A stretch of 64,000 bases of DNA, taken from an uncultured SAR86 cluster bacterium. GTDB taxonomy: Bacteria; Pseudomonadota; Gammaproteobacteria; Magnimaribacterales; D2472. The position numbers and the translations under genes are program-made. The stretch covers positions 11,353 through 75,352 of the forward strand of contig CACECP010000001.1 of the NCBI GenBank assembly GCA_902558095.1, given 5' to 3'. Below the pieces are notes generated by a model. It did not search any database. It had not been told where the DNA came from and saw only the letters and a list, made by a program, of their open reading frames with translations. Below, one piece after another: positions 27,927 through 37,613 of this stretch. Every line of letters begins with the position of its first letter. The stretch's first letter is position 1.

Positions 27927-29021
27927 ATGAATCTTAATTATAACGATGAACAGAATATGCTTCGTGAACAGATTCAGAAATTTTGTGAATCAGATTATGA
28001 TTTTTACAAAAGAGAAGAAGTAATTAAGTCTGATAAAGATTTTGACAATAATGTATGGAAACTCTTTGCTGAACAGGGTTGGCTGTCTATGCCTTTCAGC
28101 GAAGAATCTGGTGGCCTTGGCTTTGGACCTATAGAACTATCGATTTTATTTGAAGAGTTTGGTAAAGCTCTCGTAATTGAGCCATATTTAGCATCCATTG
28201 TATTATCAGGCACTTTACTTGATAAATCGCCATATAACCAAAAATCTGAATTGATAGAGAATATAAACTCTGGTAATTTACATATTTCTTTAGGATATGC
28301 TGAGGTTGATAAAGGATATGATTATTTATCACCAACAACTAATTTAGATTCAAATTATGTTTTAAATGGCACTAAAACGCTTGTACTAAATGGCGCTAAT
28401 GCAGAAAAGTTATTGGTAACTTGTGTTCAGGATGAAGTTTTTAAAATAGTTATACTGGATCAAAATATTGAAGGAGTCTCTGTAAATTCTTTTTCTACAG
28501 TTGATGGTCAATCTTGTTCTGAAATTTCATTTGAAAATGTAAAATTGGATGAATCAACAGTTGTTGCATCAGGTGATGAGGCAATCAATTTAATTAATGA
28601 AACAATAAATCTGGCTGTATTGTGTATTTGTGCTGAAGCAGTTGGATTAATGCAATCATGTTATTTAAAAACTTTAGAGTACACAAAAGGCAGAGAACAG
28701 TTTGGTCAACCTATTTCTAATTTTCAAGTCTTACAACATAGAATGGTTGATATGTATATTGAGTCTGAACTTGCAAAGTCATTATTAATAAAAGCAATGC
28801 TTGAAGTTAATAATCAATCTGATGAAATGTATAAACATGTATCAGCACTAAAATCATATATTGGAAAATACGGAAAATTATCAGCAAAGGAAGCGGTTCA
28901 ACTCCATGGTGGTATGGGAGTTAGTGAGGAAATGATGATCGGTCATTATTTAAAGAAAATGATCTCAATTGATGCTCTATTTGGCAATGCAGATTATCAT
29001 CTTAAAAAGTTTGCAAGTTAA
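27927..29021 (+). CDS. Acyl-CoA dehydrogenase family protein (second, shorter paralogue)
   Basis: ACAD N-terminal helices, NGTKTLVLNG, REQFGQPISNFQ, QLHGGMGVSEEMMIGHY. It starts 2 nt after the preceding ACAD. Confidence 0.8.
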   Translation: MNLNYNDEQNMLREQIQKFCESDYDFYKREEVIKSDKDFDNNVWKLFAEQGWLSMPFSEESGGLGFGPIELSILFEEFGKALVIEPYLASIVLSGTLLDKSPYNQKSELIENINSGNLHISLGYAEVDKGYDYLSPTTNLDSNYVLNGTKTLVLNGANAEKLLVTCVQDEVFKIVILDQNIEGVSVNSFSTVDGQSCSEISFENVKLDESTVVASGDEAINLINETINLAVLCICAEAVGLMQSCYLKTLEYTKGREQFGQPISNFQVLQHRMVDMYIESELAKSLLIKAMLEVNNQSDEMYKHVSALKSYIGKYGKLSAKEAVQLHGGMGVSEEMMIGHYLKKMISIDALFGNADYHLKKFAS

Positions 29022-29058
29022 TTATATAGTTATTTAAAAATGCATTTATAATCTTAAT

Positions 29059-30561
29059 ATGGGTGATAACAGGGATATAAATTTTCAATCAACCCAGAGA
29101 CAAAAAAGAATTTTGCCACAGGATTCTTTTGGTGATTGGAAATGGAGAGAAGCACTTGCAGAATTAATGGTTCCATTAATTGGTTCTTTATATAGAAATG
29201 GAATTAATATAATGATTTATGGCAAATCATTAGTAAATGAATCACCTGTTGCTATTATGAAAGCTCATAGATTTGCAAGACAAACTGATAATAATGAATT
29301 AAGTGAACTTGAGACATATCCTATTCTTCAACATATAAGCTCATTAAAACTGCAAGATTGTGAAATTGATATCGGTGAGATAGCTGTAAAATGTCCTTTT
29401 TTTAATGATATTAAAGATGATACTTCAAAAATTCCTGATTATATTAATAGCGAACTTAAATCTGTAATTAATAAAAAGTCTAATAGGCCAAACAATCCCA
29501 AAAACATAGTTTTATATGGTTTTGGAAGAATAGGAAGATTGGTAGCAAGAATGATGACGCAAACAACTGGTCCTGGTAATTACTTCAGACTAAAAGCTAT
29601 CGTGATAAGAAAAGCTACAGATGATGATATTTTTAAAAGAGCAAGCTTATTAACAAGAGACTCCGTGCATGGAGCATTTGATGGTACTGTTAGAGTTGAT
29701 GAAGAGAATTCAACTCTTGTAATTAATGGCAATCCAGTAAAAATAATATATGCATCGAGTCCAGATGAAATTAAATATAAAGATTTCGATATAATTGATC
29801 CAATAGTAATTGATAATACAGGCGTTTGGAGAGATGAAGACAGTCTTTCAAAACATCTTAAATCTGGAGCTTCTAAGGTTATTCTTACTGCTCCAGCAAA
29901 AGGTGATTTAAAAAATATAGTGTATGGAATAAATGATAATATTCTAAAAGATAACGATTCAATAATATCAGCTGCTTCATGCACTACAAATGCAATAGTT
30001 CCAGTTTTAAAGGCAGTTAATGATGAATATAAAATTAAAGGTGGTCATATAGAAACTGTTCATGCATATACAAATGATCAAAATTTAATTGATAATTTTC
30101 ACAAAGGTGACAGAAGAGGTCGTGGGGCACCGTTAAATATGGTCATTACTACTACAGGAGCTGTTAAGGCAGTTGCAAAAGCACTTCCAGAGCTAGAGGG
30201 AAAACTCACTGGTAATGCTATAAGAGTTCCAACACCAAATGTAAGTCTTGCAATATTATCCTTAGCTCTTGAACAAGAAGTTACCGATACACAAATTAAT
30301 GATTATCTTAAGTCAATTGCATTCCATTCAAAATATAGAGAAATAATTGGTTTTGTTAATTCACCAGAAATTGTATCAACCGATTTCTATTCAAGTCCAT
30401 TTGCCTCAATAATTGACTCTCAAGCGACAATTGCAAGTAAAAATAGAGTTACGCTTTATTGTTGGTATGACAACGAATATGGTTATTCTAAACAAGTTAT
30501 TGGACTTACTAAAAAAGTAGCTAAAATTAATCTACCAAGATTACCAAATCCAGTTAACTAA
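29059..30561 (+). CDS. gap: Glyceraldehyde-3-phosphate dehydrogenase, long form with ~140-aa N-terminal extension
   Basis: VLYGFGRIGR, active-site ASCTTNAIVP, WYDNEYGYS. 500 aa. Confidence 0.85.
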   Translation: MGDNRDINFQSTQRQKRILPQDSFGDWKWREALAELMVPLIGSLYRNGINIMIYGKSLVNESPVAIMKAHRFARQTDNNELSELETYPILQHISSLKLQDCEIDIGEIAVKCPFFNDIKDDTSKIPDYINSELKSVINKKSNRPNNPKNIVLYGFGRIGRLVARMMTQTTGPGNYFRLKAIVIRKATDDDIFKRASLLTRDSVHGAFDGTVRVDEENSTLVINGNPVKIIYASSPDEIKYKDFDIIDPIVIDNTGVWRDEDSLSKHLKSGASKVILTAPAKGDLKNIVYGINDNILKDNDSIISAASCTTNAIVPVLKAVNDEYKIKGGHIETVHAYTNDQNLIDNFHKGDRRGRGAPLNMVITTTGAVKAVAKALPELEGKLTGNAIRVPTPNVSLAILSLALEQEVTDTQINDYLKSIAFHSKYREIIGFVNSPEIVSTDFYSSPFASIIDSQATIASKNRVTLYCWYDNEYGYSKQVIGLTKKVAKINLPRLPNPVN

Positions 30562-30638
30562 ACCTAGAATCAGACTCACTTTAGCCTTATAATTCTATTG
30601 TTTTTAATAGTTTCAATAGCAACTAAGGCACACATAAG

Positions 30639-31955
30639 GTGATAAAAATATCAAAAGGTCTTGATTTACCAATTTCAGGTAAACCAGACATATCTATTAC
30701 TGATGAACCAAAAATTTCATCAGTTTCTTTATTAGCAAATGATTTTGTTGGAATGAAGCCAACAATGCTAGTTAAAGAAAATGATAAAGTAAAAGTTGGT
30801 GAAAAATTATTCGAAGATAAAAAAAATCCTGGTATATTTTTTACTGCTCCTGCTGGAGGATTTATCAAGTCTATTAATAGAGGCGATAAAAGAAAATTTT
30901 TATCAATTGAAATAGAAATTTCACAAAATGAAGAATTCATTGATTTTGATATGGGGTCTAGTCAAGATGAAATCAAAAATACATTAATTAATAGTGGTCT
31001 TTGGAACGTATTTAGAACGAGACCATTTAACAGAACACCAAACATATCTTCTTCACCAGAGGCCTTATTTATAAACTGTTGTGATACTAATCCCTTAAGT
31101 GTGGACCCATATGAAATCATTAATATTGAAAAAGATAGTTTTGATGAGGGTCTTGAGACAATAAAACAATTATTTGATTGTGATATCCATCTTACCTATC
31201 AAAATAATAATTTTGATAATACGTTATCAGGCATTAATTATCATCAGTTTACTGGACCACATCCAGCTGGTCTAGTTGGTACACATATTTCTAAAATACA
31301 TCCTGTAAATTTAAATTCAAAAGTTTGGACAGCTAATTTTCAAGACATAATATCAATAGGATATCTTAAAATAAATAAAAAAATTAAAACAACTAAGATC
31401 ATTAGCTTGGGAGGTCCTGCTGTATTTGAGCCATCATTAATCAAAGTTAGACATGGATCTAATTTAGATGAGATTACTGCTGGAAAGATAGATGATAATT
31501 CAAGAGTTATATCGGGATCTGTTCTACATGGCCATGAATCAGAGGGTGTAATGAAGTATTTAGGTTATTACGATTCACAAGTATCTGTTATTCCAGACGA
31601 AGTTAATGAAATCTTTTTAAATTGGTTAATGCCAGGCTCTTCACTCCATTCAAAATTAAATGTCTTTATTTCATCTTTTATTAAGCCTAAAAAATATATC
31701 TTTAATACATCCATAGGAGGTGGTAATAGGGCAATAGTCCCAATTTCATCATATGAAGAAGTTGTTCCAATGGATATTCTAGTCACACAATTACTTAAAT
31801 CATTGGTGGTATCTGACATAGAGATGGCAATTGATTTGGGAATGTTGGAGTTAGTGCCTGAAGATTTATCTCTTTGTTCATATGTTTGTCCCAGTAAATA
31901 TGATTATTCATCAATTCTAATGGATAATTTAAATAAGCTATATTTAGAACAATGA
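30639..31955 (+). CDS. nqrA: Na+-translocating NADH:quinone oxidoreductase subunit A
   Basis: GTG start. MIKISKGLDLPISG matches the NqrA N-terminus. First gene of the nqr operon. Confidence 0.95.
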   Translation: MIKISKGLDLPISGKPDISITDEPKISSVSLLANDFVGMKPTMLVKENDKVKVGEKLFEDKKNPGIFFTAPAGGFIKSINRGDKRKFLSIEIEISQNEEFIDFDMGSSQDEIKNTLINSGLWNVFRTRPFNRTPNISSSPEALFINCCDTNPLSVDPYEIINIEKDSFDEGLETIKQLFDCDIHLTYQNNNFDNTLSGINYHQFTGPHPAGLVGTHISKIHPVNLNSKVWTANFQDIISIGYLKINKKIKTTKIISLGGPAVFEPSLIKVRHGSNLDEITAGKIDDNSRVISGSVLHGHESEGVMKYLGYYDSQVSVIPDEVNEIFLNWLMPGSSLHSKLNVFISSFIKPKKYIFNTSIGGGNRAIVPISSYEEVVPMDILVTQLLKSLVVSDIEMAIDLGMLELVPEDLSLCSYVCPSKYDYSSILMDNLNKLYLEQ

Positions 31956-33181
31956 AGATTCTTAGAAATTATTTTAACAATATCAAACCTAACTTTATTA
32001 ATGATGGTAAATATAATAAATGGTTTCCATTATTCGATGCATTAGAAAATTTATTTTTTTCATATGGTAAAAAAACAAAAAATCCAATCCATGTAAGAGA
32101 TGCTGTAGACATTCAGAAAGTAATGGTAACTGTTTGGTTGGCTACTTTTCCTGCAATGTTTTTTGGTATGTATAATCTTGGATCTCATTCATTAGAATAT
32201 CTAGATTCAATAAATGTACAAAATACTGGTGATTGGCATCATTACTTTGTAAATATTGTTGGTTATGATTCAAATAGCTTTTTTAGCAAGTTATGGTTTG
32301 GAGCATGTTATTTTATCCCTATATATTTTGTAGTTTTTACCGTAGGTATTGCTTGGGAGGCATTATTTGCAATTGTAAGAAAACACGAAATTAATGAAGG
32401 GGCTTTTGTTTCAACTGTATTGTTTGCATTAAGCTGCCCGCCTGATATACCACTATGGCAAGCTGCAATGGGTATTTCATTTGGCTTGGTTATTGGAAAA
32501 GAAATTTTTGGAGGTACTGGTAAAAATTTCTTAAATCCCGCTTTAACCGGAAGAGCTTTCTTATATTTCGCATATCCAGCTCAAATTTCAGGTGACAAAG
32601 TCTGGATAGCAGGTATTTCTGACTACAATATAATACCTGAAGGTTATAGTGGTGCCACTGCATTGGGAATGGCAGCAGAAAACGGATTACCTGGTATAAC
32701 TAATTCATATTCATGGATGGATGCATTTTTAGGAAATATTCCAGGCTCTGTTGGAGAAACATCGATAATAGCAATAATGATAGGTTTAATAATTTTATTA
32801 GCTACAAAAGTAGCATCATATAGAATTATCCTAGGAACATTTATTGGTATGATATTTATGTCTTCAATTCTTAATTTAGTTGGATCAGATTCAAATCCAA
32901 TGTTCTATATTCCATGGTATTGGCATGCTGTTATTGGAAGTTTTGCTTTTGGTCTAGTATTTATGGCTACTGAACCAGTTTCAGGATCTGGTACTAATAC
33001 AGGTAGATGGATTTATGGAATGGTTATTGGTGTTACAGTAATTTTAATTAGAGTTATTAATCCAGCATTTCCTGAAGGCATGATGTTGGCTATACTATTC
33101 GCTAATTTATTAGCTCCTGTTATTGATCATATGGTTGTAATGTCAAATATTAAAAAACGTAAGGCTCTATTTAATGAATGA
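31952..33181 (+). CDS. nqrB: Na+-NQR subunit B
   Basis: Polytopic. GFSGATALG-type FMN-attachment region (YSGATALG). 4-nt overlap with nqrA. Confidence 0.95.
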   Translation: MKILRNYFNNIKPNFINDGKYNKWFPLFDALENLFFSYGKKTKNPIHVRDAVDIQKVMVTVWLATFPAMFFGMYNLGSHSLEYLDSINVQNTGDWHHYFVNIVGYDSNSFFSKLWFGACYFIPIYFVVFTVGIAWEALFAIVRKHEINEGAFVSTVLFALSCPPDIPLWQAAMGISFGLVIGKEIFGGTGKNFLNPALTGRAFLYFAYPAQISGDKVWIAGISDYNIIPEGYSGATALGMAAENGLPGITNSYSWMDAFLGNIPGSVGETSIIAIMIGLIILLATKVASYRIILGTFIGMIFMSSILNLVGSDSNPMFYIPWYWHAVIGSFAFGLVFMATEPVSGSGTNTGRWIYGMVIGVTVILIRVINPAFPEGMMLAILFANLLAPVIDHMVVMSNIKKRKALFNE

Positions 33182-33950
33182 ATCTGTGTTAAAAACAATT
33201 GGAGTTGCATTCTTTGTTTGTTTGGTATGTTCTTTAATTGTTTCAACATCCGCAGTTAGCTTAAGAGATCAACAAAAAGAAAATAAGCTCAATGATAGAA
33301 GAATAAAAGTTCTTGAAGTTGCCGGTATAGAAATTAAACCAGATCAAACAGTTGCAGAACAATTCTCTAAACTAGAACAAAAATTTGTTAACTTTGATAC
33401 AGGTCTCTTAATGGATGAGTATAAAAACTTTGATATAGATGAATATGATCAATTAATGTCTACTAAAGATAGCAACTTATCCTCTTCGGTGCCTCAAAAT
33501 GAAGACATAGCAATAATAAAAAATAGGGAAAATGTAGGAAAAATATTTATATTACGTGACAATTTAGGAAATATAGATAAGTTAGTTTTACCAATAAGAG
33601 GATATGGTTTATGGGGCACATTATATGGGTATATAGCAATTAAAGGAGACTTTAATACCGTCACAGGCATAACCTATTATGAACATAAAGAAACTCCAGG
33701 CTTAGGTGCTGAGGTAGATAATGATGATTGGAAAGATTCTTGGGTTGGAAAAAAAATATATCAAAATGATGAGGTAGCTTTAACAGTAATTAAGGGAAAA
33801 GTAGCTAGTGATGATCCCTCTAAGATATATAAAGTTGATGGATTATCAGGCGCCACAATAACTGGAAGAGGTGTTTCTAATATGATTGCTTATTGGTTTG
33901 GTAATTCTGGATATTCAAAATTATTACAGGAGCTAGATTATGAATCTTAA
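33174..33950 (+). CDS. nqrC: Na+-NQR subunit C
   Basis: Single N-terminal TM segment. FMN-attachment motif [13 protein letters not shown]. Confidence 0.9.
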   Translation: MNESVLKTIGVAFFVCLVCSLIVSTSAVSLRDQQKENKLNDRRIKVLEVAGIEIKPDQTVAEQFSKLEQKFVNFDTGLLMDEYKNFDIDEYDQLMSTKDSNLSSSVPQNEDIAIIKNRENVGKIFILRDNLGNIDKLVLPIRGYGLWGTLYGYIAIKGDFNTVTGITYYEHKETPGLGAEVDNDDWKDSWVGKKIYQNDEVALTVIKGKVASDDPSKIYKVDGLSGATITGRGVSNMIAYWFGNSGYSKLLQELDYES

Positions 33951-34611
33951 GAGATATCAAGAGGTCATTATTAAACCTCTTATTGATGAAAACCCTATAA
34001 CTCTTCAGATTCTTGGAATATGTTCTGCTTTGGCTGTTACAAATAATTTAACTGTAACACTAGTGATGTGCATAGCTGTTATAAGTGTAATATCTTTCTC
34101 GAATTTATTTATTTCACTTATTAGAAATTATATTCCTTCGAGTATAAGAATTATTGTTCAAATGACCATCATTGCATCATTAGTAATAGTCGTTGATGAG
34201 TTATTAAAAGCATATGACTATGAAACTAGCAAAAGATTATCTGTTTTTGTTGGATTAATAATTACAAATTGTATTGTTATGGGTAGAGCTGAAGCTTTTG
34301 CTATGAAAGAGAAGCCATTGCTCAGCTTTTTAGACGGACTTGGGAATGGAATAGGTTATAGCATTATCCTAATTGGTGTTGCATTTATAAGAGAGCTATT
34401 TGGTGCTGGAACTCTATTCGGTGTTGATGTAATGCCAGAATGGTATATGACTAATAATCTATTACTTTTACCTCCAAGCTCATTTATCATTATAGGTTTG
34501 TTTATATGGCTTATACGATCTTTAAAACCAGCTCAAATTGAAGAGGATGATTTTGAGGTTTCAGTTCATTCAACGGCACCTAATTTAACTAAAAAAGATA
34601 TACATGTTTGA
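33940..34611 (+). CDS. nqrD: Na+-NQR subunit D
   Basis: [17 protein letters not shown] and [16 protein letters not shown] (RnfE/NqrD family). Confidence 0.95.
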   Translation: MNLKRYQEVIIKPLIDENPITLQILGICSALAVTNNLTVTLVMCIAVISVISFSNLFISLIRNYIPSSIRIIVQMTIIASLVIVVDELLKAYDYETSKRLSVFVGLIITNCIVMGRAEAFAMKEKPLLSFLDGLGNGIGYSIILIGVAFIRELFGAGTLFGVDVMPEWYMTNNLLLLPPSSFIIIGLFIWLIRSLKPAQIEEDDFEVSVHSTAPNLTKKDIHV

Positions 34612-35215
34612 ACACTATTTAAATATTTTTATAACAACAGTATTCATTGAAAATATTGCTCTTTCTTTGTTTTTAGGAATGTGTACATTTATAGCCATTT
34701 CAAAAAAAATTGATGCTGCATTTGGATTAGGTATAGCAGTTATTGTTGTTTGCTTGATAACAGTACCTTTAAATAATTTAATTTATAACTATATACTAAG
34801 AGAAGATGCTCTTTCTTGGGCAGGGCTTGAAGGAACAAATTTAGAATTCGTTGAGTTAATTAGTTATATCGGTGTAATAGCCGCAAGTGTACAAATATTA
34901 GAAATGTTTTTAGATAAATACGTTCCAGCTTTATATAATGCTCTTGGGCAATTTCTACCCCTAATCACTGTTAATTGTGCAATATTAGGAGCCTCATTAT
35001 TCATGGTTGAGAAAGACTTAATGTTTGGAGAAAGTGTTGTATATGGATTTGGTGCAGGTTTTGGTTGGGCTTTAGCAATTGTAGTTTTAGCTGGTATTAG
35101 AGAAAAATTAAAATATTCTGATATACCAGATGGACTTAAGGGATTAGGTACAACTTTTATTATTGTTGGATTAATGAGTTTTGGTTTTATGTCTTTTGGA
35201 GGAATATCACTTTAA
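34604..35215 (+). CDS. nqrE: Na+-NQR subunit E
   Basis: [11 protein letters not shown] and [10 protein letters not shown] (RnfA/NqrE family). Confidence 0.95.
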   Translation: MFEHYLNIFITTVFIENIALSLFLGMCTFIAISKKIDAAFGLGIAVIVVCLITVPLNNLIYNYILREDALSWAGLEGTNLEFVELISYIGVIAASVQILEMFLDKYVPALYNALGQFLPLITVNCAILGASLFMVEKDLMFGESVVYGFGAGFGWALAIVVLAGIREKLKYSDIPDGLKGLGTTFIIVGLMSFGFMSFGGISL

Positions 35216-35216
35216 A

Positions 35217-36443
35217 ATGAGTATTGACTTAATACTTGGTGTTGCATCGTTTAGTGGAATAATCTTACTCTTAGTTTTGATTATAGTTTTTGCAAGATCA
35301 AAATTAGTTTCCACTGGTAATGTATCAATTGAAATTAATGGTGATGCTAGCAACCCTATAGTAGTTCCCTCAGGATCAAAATTACTACAAACTTTAGCTG
35401 ATAATAATATATTTCTTGCATCTGCTTGCGGGGGTGGAGGAACTTGCAGTCAATGTAAATGTCAGGTTTTAGAAGGTGGAGGTTCTATATTGGCAGCAGA
35501 GGAATCTCATTTTAATTCAACTGAACAGAAACAAGGTTGGAGGTTATCTTGTCAAGTTCCAGTTAAAGATAATTTAAAAATAAATGTTCCTGAGGATGTG
35601 TTTGGTGTTAAAGAGTGGGAATGTGAAGTTGTTTCTAATGACAATGTTGCAACATTTATTAAAGAGTTAATACTCAAATTACCTGAAGGAGAAAATGTAG
35701 ATTTTAAGGCTGGAGGATATGTTCAACTTGAAGCACCAGCATATGAAATTGATTACAAGGAATTTGATATTGATAAGCAATATCATGAAGATTGGGATAG
35801 ATTTAAAATCTGGGACAATAAATCTATTACTAAAGAGCCTGTTATTCGAGCTTATTCTATGGCTAATTATCCTGAAGAAAAAGGAATCATAAAATTTAAT
35901 ATCAGAATAGCTTCACCACCACCAGGTCAAGATGTACCCCCTGGACTTATGTCATCCTGGACATTTGGATTAAAACCTGGTGATAAGGTAAAGGTGTTTG
36001 GACCTTTTGGAGAGTTTTTTGCTAAAGAAACTGATGCTGAAATGGTATTTGTTGGTGGAGGTGCTGGTATGGCACCCATGAGATCTCATATTTTTGATCA
36101 ATTACTTCGTATTAATACAAATCGTAAAATAACATTTTGGTATGGAGCACGTAGTCTTAAAGAAATGTTTTATGTTGATGATTTTAATAAATTAGCAGAA
36201 AAGTATGATAATTTTGAATGGCATGTAGCATTATCAGATCCCTTGCCCGAAGACGATTGGGATGGTGATACCGGATTCATTCACAATGTTTTATATGAAA
36301 ATTATTTAAAAAATCATGAGGCTCCAGAAGATTGTGAATATTATATGTGCGGACCTCCAATGATGAATAAAGCTGTTATAGATTTACTTATAAATCTTGG
36401 TGTAGAGCCTGAAAATATCGCTCTTGATGACTTTGGTGGTTAA
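35217..36443 (+). CDS. nqrF: Na+-NQR subunit F
   Basis: TM anchor. 2Fe-2S motif [20 protein letters not shown] domain ([16 protein letters not shown]). I chose the ATG at 35217, 1 nt after the nqrE stop, not the listed start at 35181. Confidence 0.95.
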   Translation: MSIDLILGVASFSGIILLLVLIIVFARSKLVSTGNVSIEINGDASNPIVVPSGSKLLQTLADNNIFLASACGGGGTCSQCKCQVLEGGGSILAAEESHFNSTEQKQGWRLSCQVPVKDNLKINVPEDVFGVKEWECEVVSNDNVATFIKELILKLPEGENVDFKAGGYVQLEAPAYEIDYKEFDIDKQYHEDWDRFKIWDNKSITKEPVIRAYSMANYPEEKGIIKFNIRIASPPPGQDVPPGLMSSWTFGLKPGDKVKVFGPFGEFFAKETDAEMVFVGGGAGMAPMRSHIFDQLLRINTNRKITFWYGARSLKEMFYVDDFNKLAEKYDNFEWHVALSDPLPEDDWDGDTGFIHNVLYENYLKNHEAPEDCEYYMCGPPMMNKAVIDLLINLGVEPENIALDDFGG

Positions 36444-36453
36444 TTAATAAATT

Positions 36454-37440
36454 GTGGGCCGCCAATTAATATCAAAAATAATTGCTTTAACAGCAGGTTT
36501 TATATTACTTCTCATTGCTTATAACCATAATCAAGATAGATTATATTTAATTAATGGTGATGCTTACGGAACTACTTGGTCAATAAAGTCAACTGAATAT
36601 ATTGGTGACCATCATAAAGACAATATAGAGAAAATCATATCAAGGATTGATTATGTTGCCTCTAATTATAAAGAAGATTCTGAAATAGCACTGATTAATG
36701 CTAGCAATGATTCATATCACTTTATATCTGAAGATCTTTTTCAAATACTTGCAATAGCAAAAGAGGTTGAAAATATATCCGAAGGTTTCTATAACATAAC
36801 TCTTGGTAAAGTATCATCTAATTTAGGCTTTTCACCAAATTTTGGTAAAGAGCTGATTCATAAAAAAGATAAAACCTTTAACTTAAATGAAAGAGATAAA
36901 TCACTAGAGAAACTCTCATTAAATTGGTTTGATTTATCATCTATAGCTAAAGGATACGCGGTACAAAAGGTTCATGAATATCTGCTTCAACATAACCTAA
37001 ATAATCATTTTATTGATATAGGTGGTGAGATTATTATTAATGGCAAAAATAAAGAAAAACCTTGGCTGGTAGGTATACAAAATCCACTTTCATTACAAAA
37101 CAACGCATCTATAGTTATTGAAAAAAAGGATATTTTTTTAGCAATAGCAACTTCTGGAGAATACAGAAACTTTAAGGCTGATGTAGATGGTAACAAAATC
37201 TCTCACACTATAAATCCTATGAGCCTAGAATCTATAGATCATAATATCCTCTCTGTAACTGTTGCTCATGACATATCTGCAACACATGCAGACGCTTATG
37301 CAACTGCATTCAATGCAATGGGAGTGGATCTAGCAATGAAAATAGCTAACAAAAATAATATTGCTCTTATGTTAATTGTTCAGAACAACAACAAATTGGA
37401 TATCATATATTCAAACAAATGGTATGATTTAGTTATATGA
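36454..37440 (+). CDS. apbE: FAD:protein FMN transferase
   Basis: GTG start. ApbE-like motifs (SIAKGYAV, LAIATSGEYRNF, ATHADAYATAF). Canonical position after nqrF. Confidence 0.9.
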   Translation: MGRQLISKIIALTAGFILLLIAYNHNQDRLYLINGDAYGTTWSIKSTEYIGDHHKDNIEKIISRIDYVASNYKEDSEIALINASNDSYHFISEDLFQILAIAKEVENISEGFYNITLGKVSSNLGFSPNFGKELIHKKDKTFNLNERDKSLEKLSLNWFDLSSIAKGYAVQKVHEYLLQHNLNNHFIDIGGEIIINGKNKEKPWLVGIQNPLSLQNNASIVIEKKDIFLAIATSGEYRNFKADVDGNKISHTINPMSLESIDHNILSVTVAHDISATHADAYATAFNAMGVDLAMKIANKNNIALMLIVQNNNKLDIIYSNKWYDLVI

Positions 37441-37613
37441 ATGAATTATTCTTAGGTTTCTTAATAATTACTATATCTTTTATAGGTTTAGCTCTAGGTC
37501 TTATAATAAGATCAAAACCAATTAAGGGTTCTTGTGGAGGTATGGCAAATCTTGAAGATGGCGGTGAATGTCAAATCTGTGGTAGATCTGACCCTGCTAA
37601 TTGTAATAATTAA
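37437..37613 (+). CDS. nqrM: NqrM-type (DUF539) Na+-NQR maturation protein (ORF not in supplied track)
   Basis: My translation: MNELFLGFLIITISFIGLALGLIIRSKPIKGSCGGMANLEDGGECQICGRSDPANCNN (58 aa). One TM helix followed by a four-Cys tail. ATGA overlap with the apbE stop. Confidence 0.75.
   Translation: MNELFLGFLIITISFIGLALGLIIRSKPIKGSCGGMANLEDGGECQICGRSDPANCNN

Noticed and set aside
29580-29984. 134-aa minus-strand ORF inside the GAPDH gene. Similar antisense or out-of-frame ORFs in the track include 2539-2838, 12805-13128, 17365-17646, 21240-21548, 30623-30940, 41912-42199, 47326-47631 and 50813-51193.
   Set aside because: Each lies wholly inside a gene with strong family motifs on the other strand or frame. 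Their translations are low-complexity (S/I/L/F-rich) with no recognisable motif and no SD. Open antisense frames are an expected by-product of codon structure.
30562-30638. Regulatory element upstream of nqrA (CTATT-GTTTTT-AATAG and a TATAAT-like hexamer at CCTTATAATTC).
   Set aside because: The stem is 5 bp and the hexamer has no convincing -35 partner. Both are expected by chance in AT-rich DNA, so I did not call a promoter.
35181-35216. Upstream start for nqrF overlapping nqrE by 35 nt.
   Set aside because: The ATG at 35217, 1 nt after the nqrE stop, gives the canonical NqrF N-terminal TM anchor ([12 protein letters not shown]...). The extension adds non-homologous residues.
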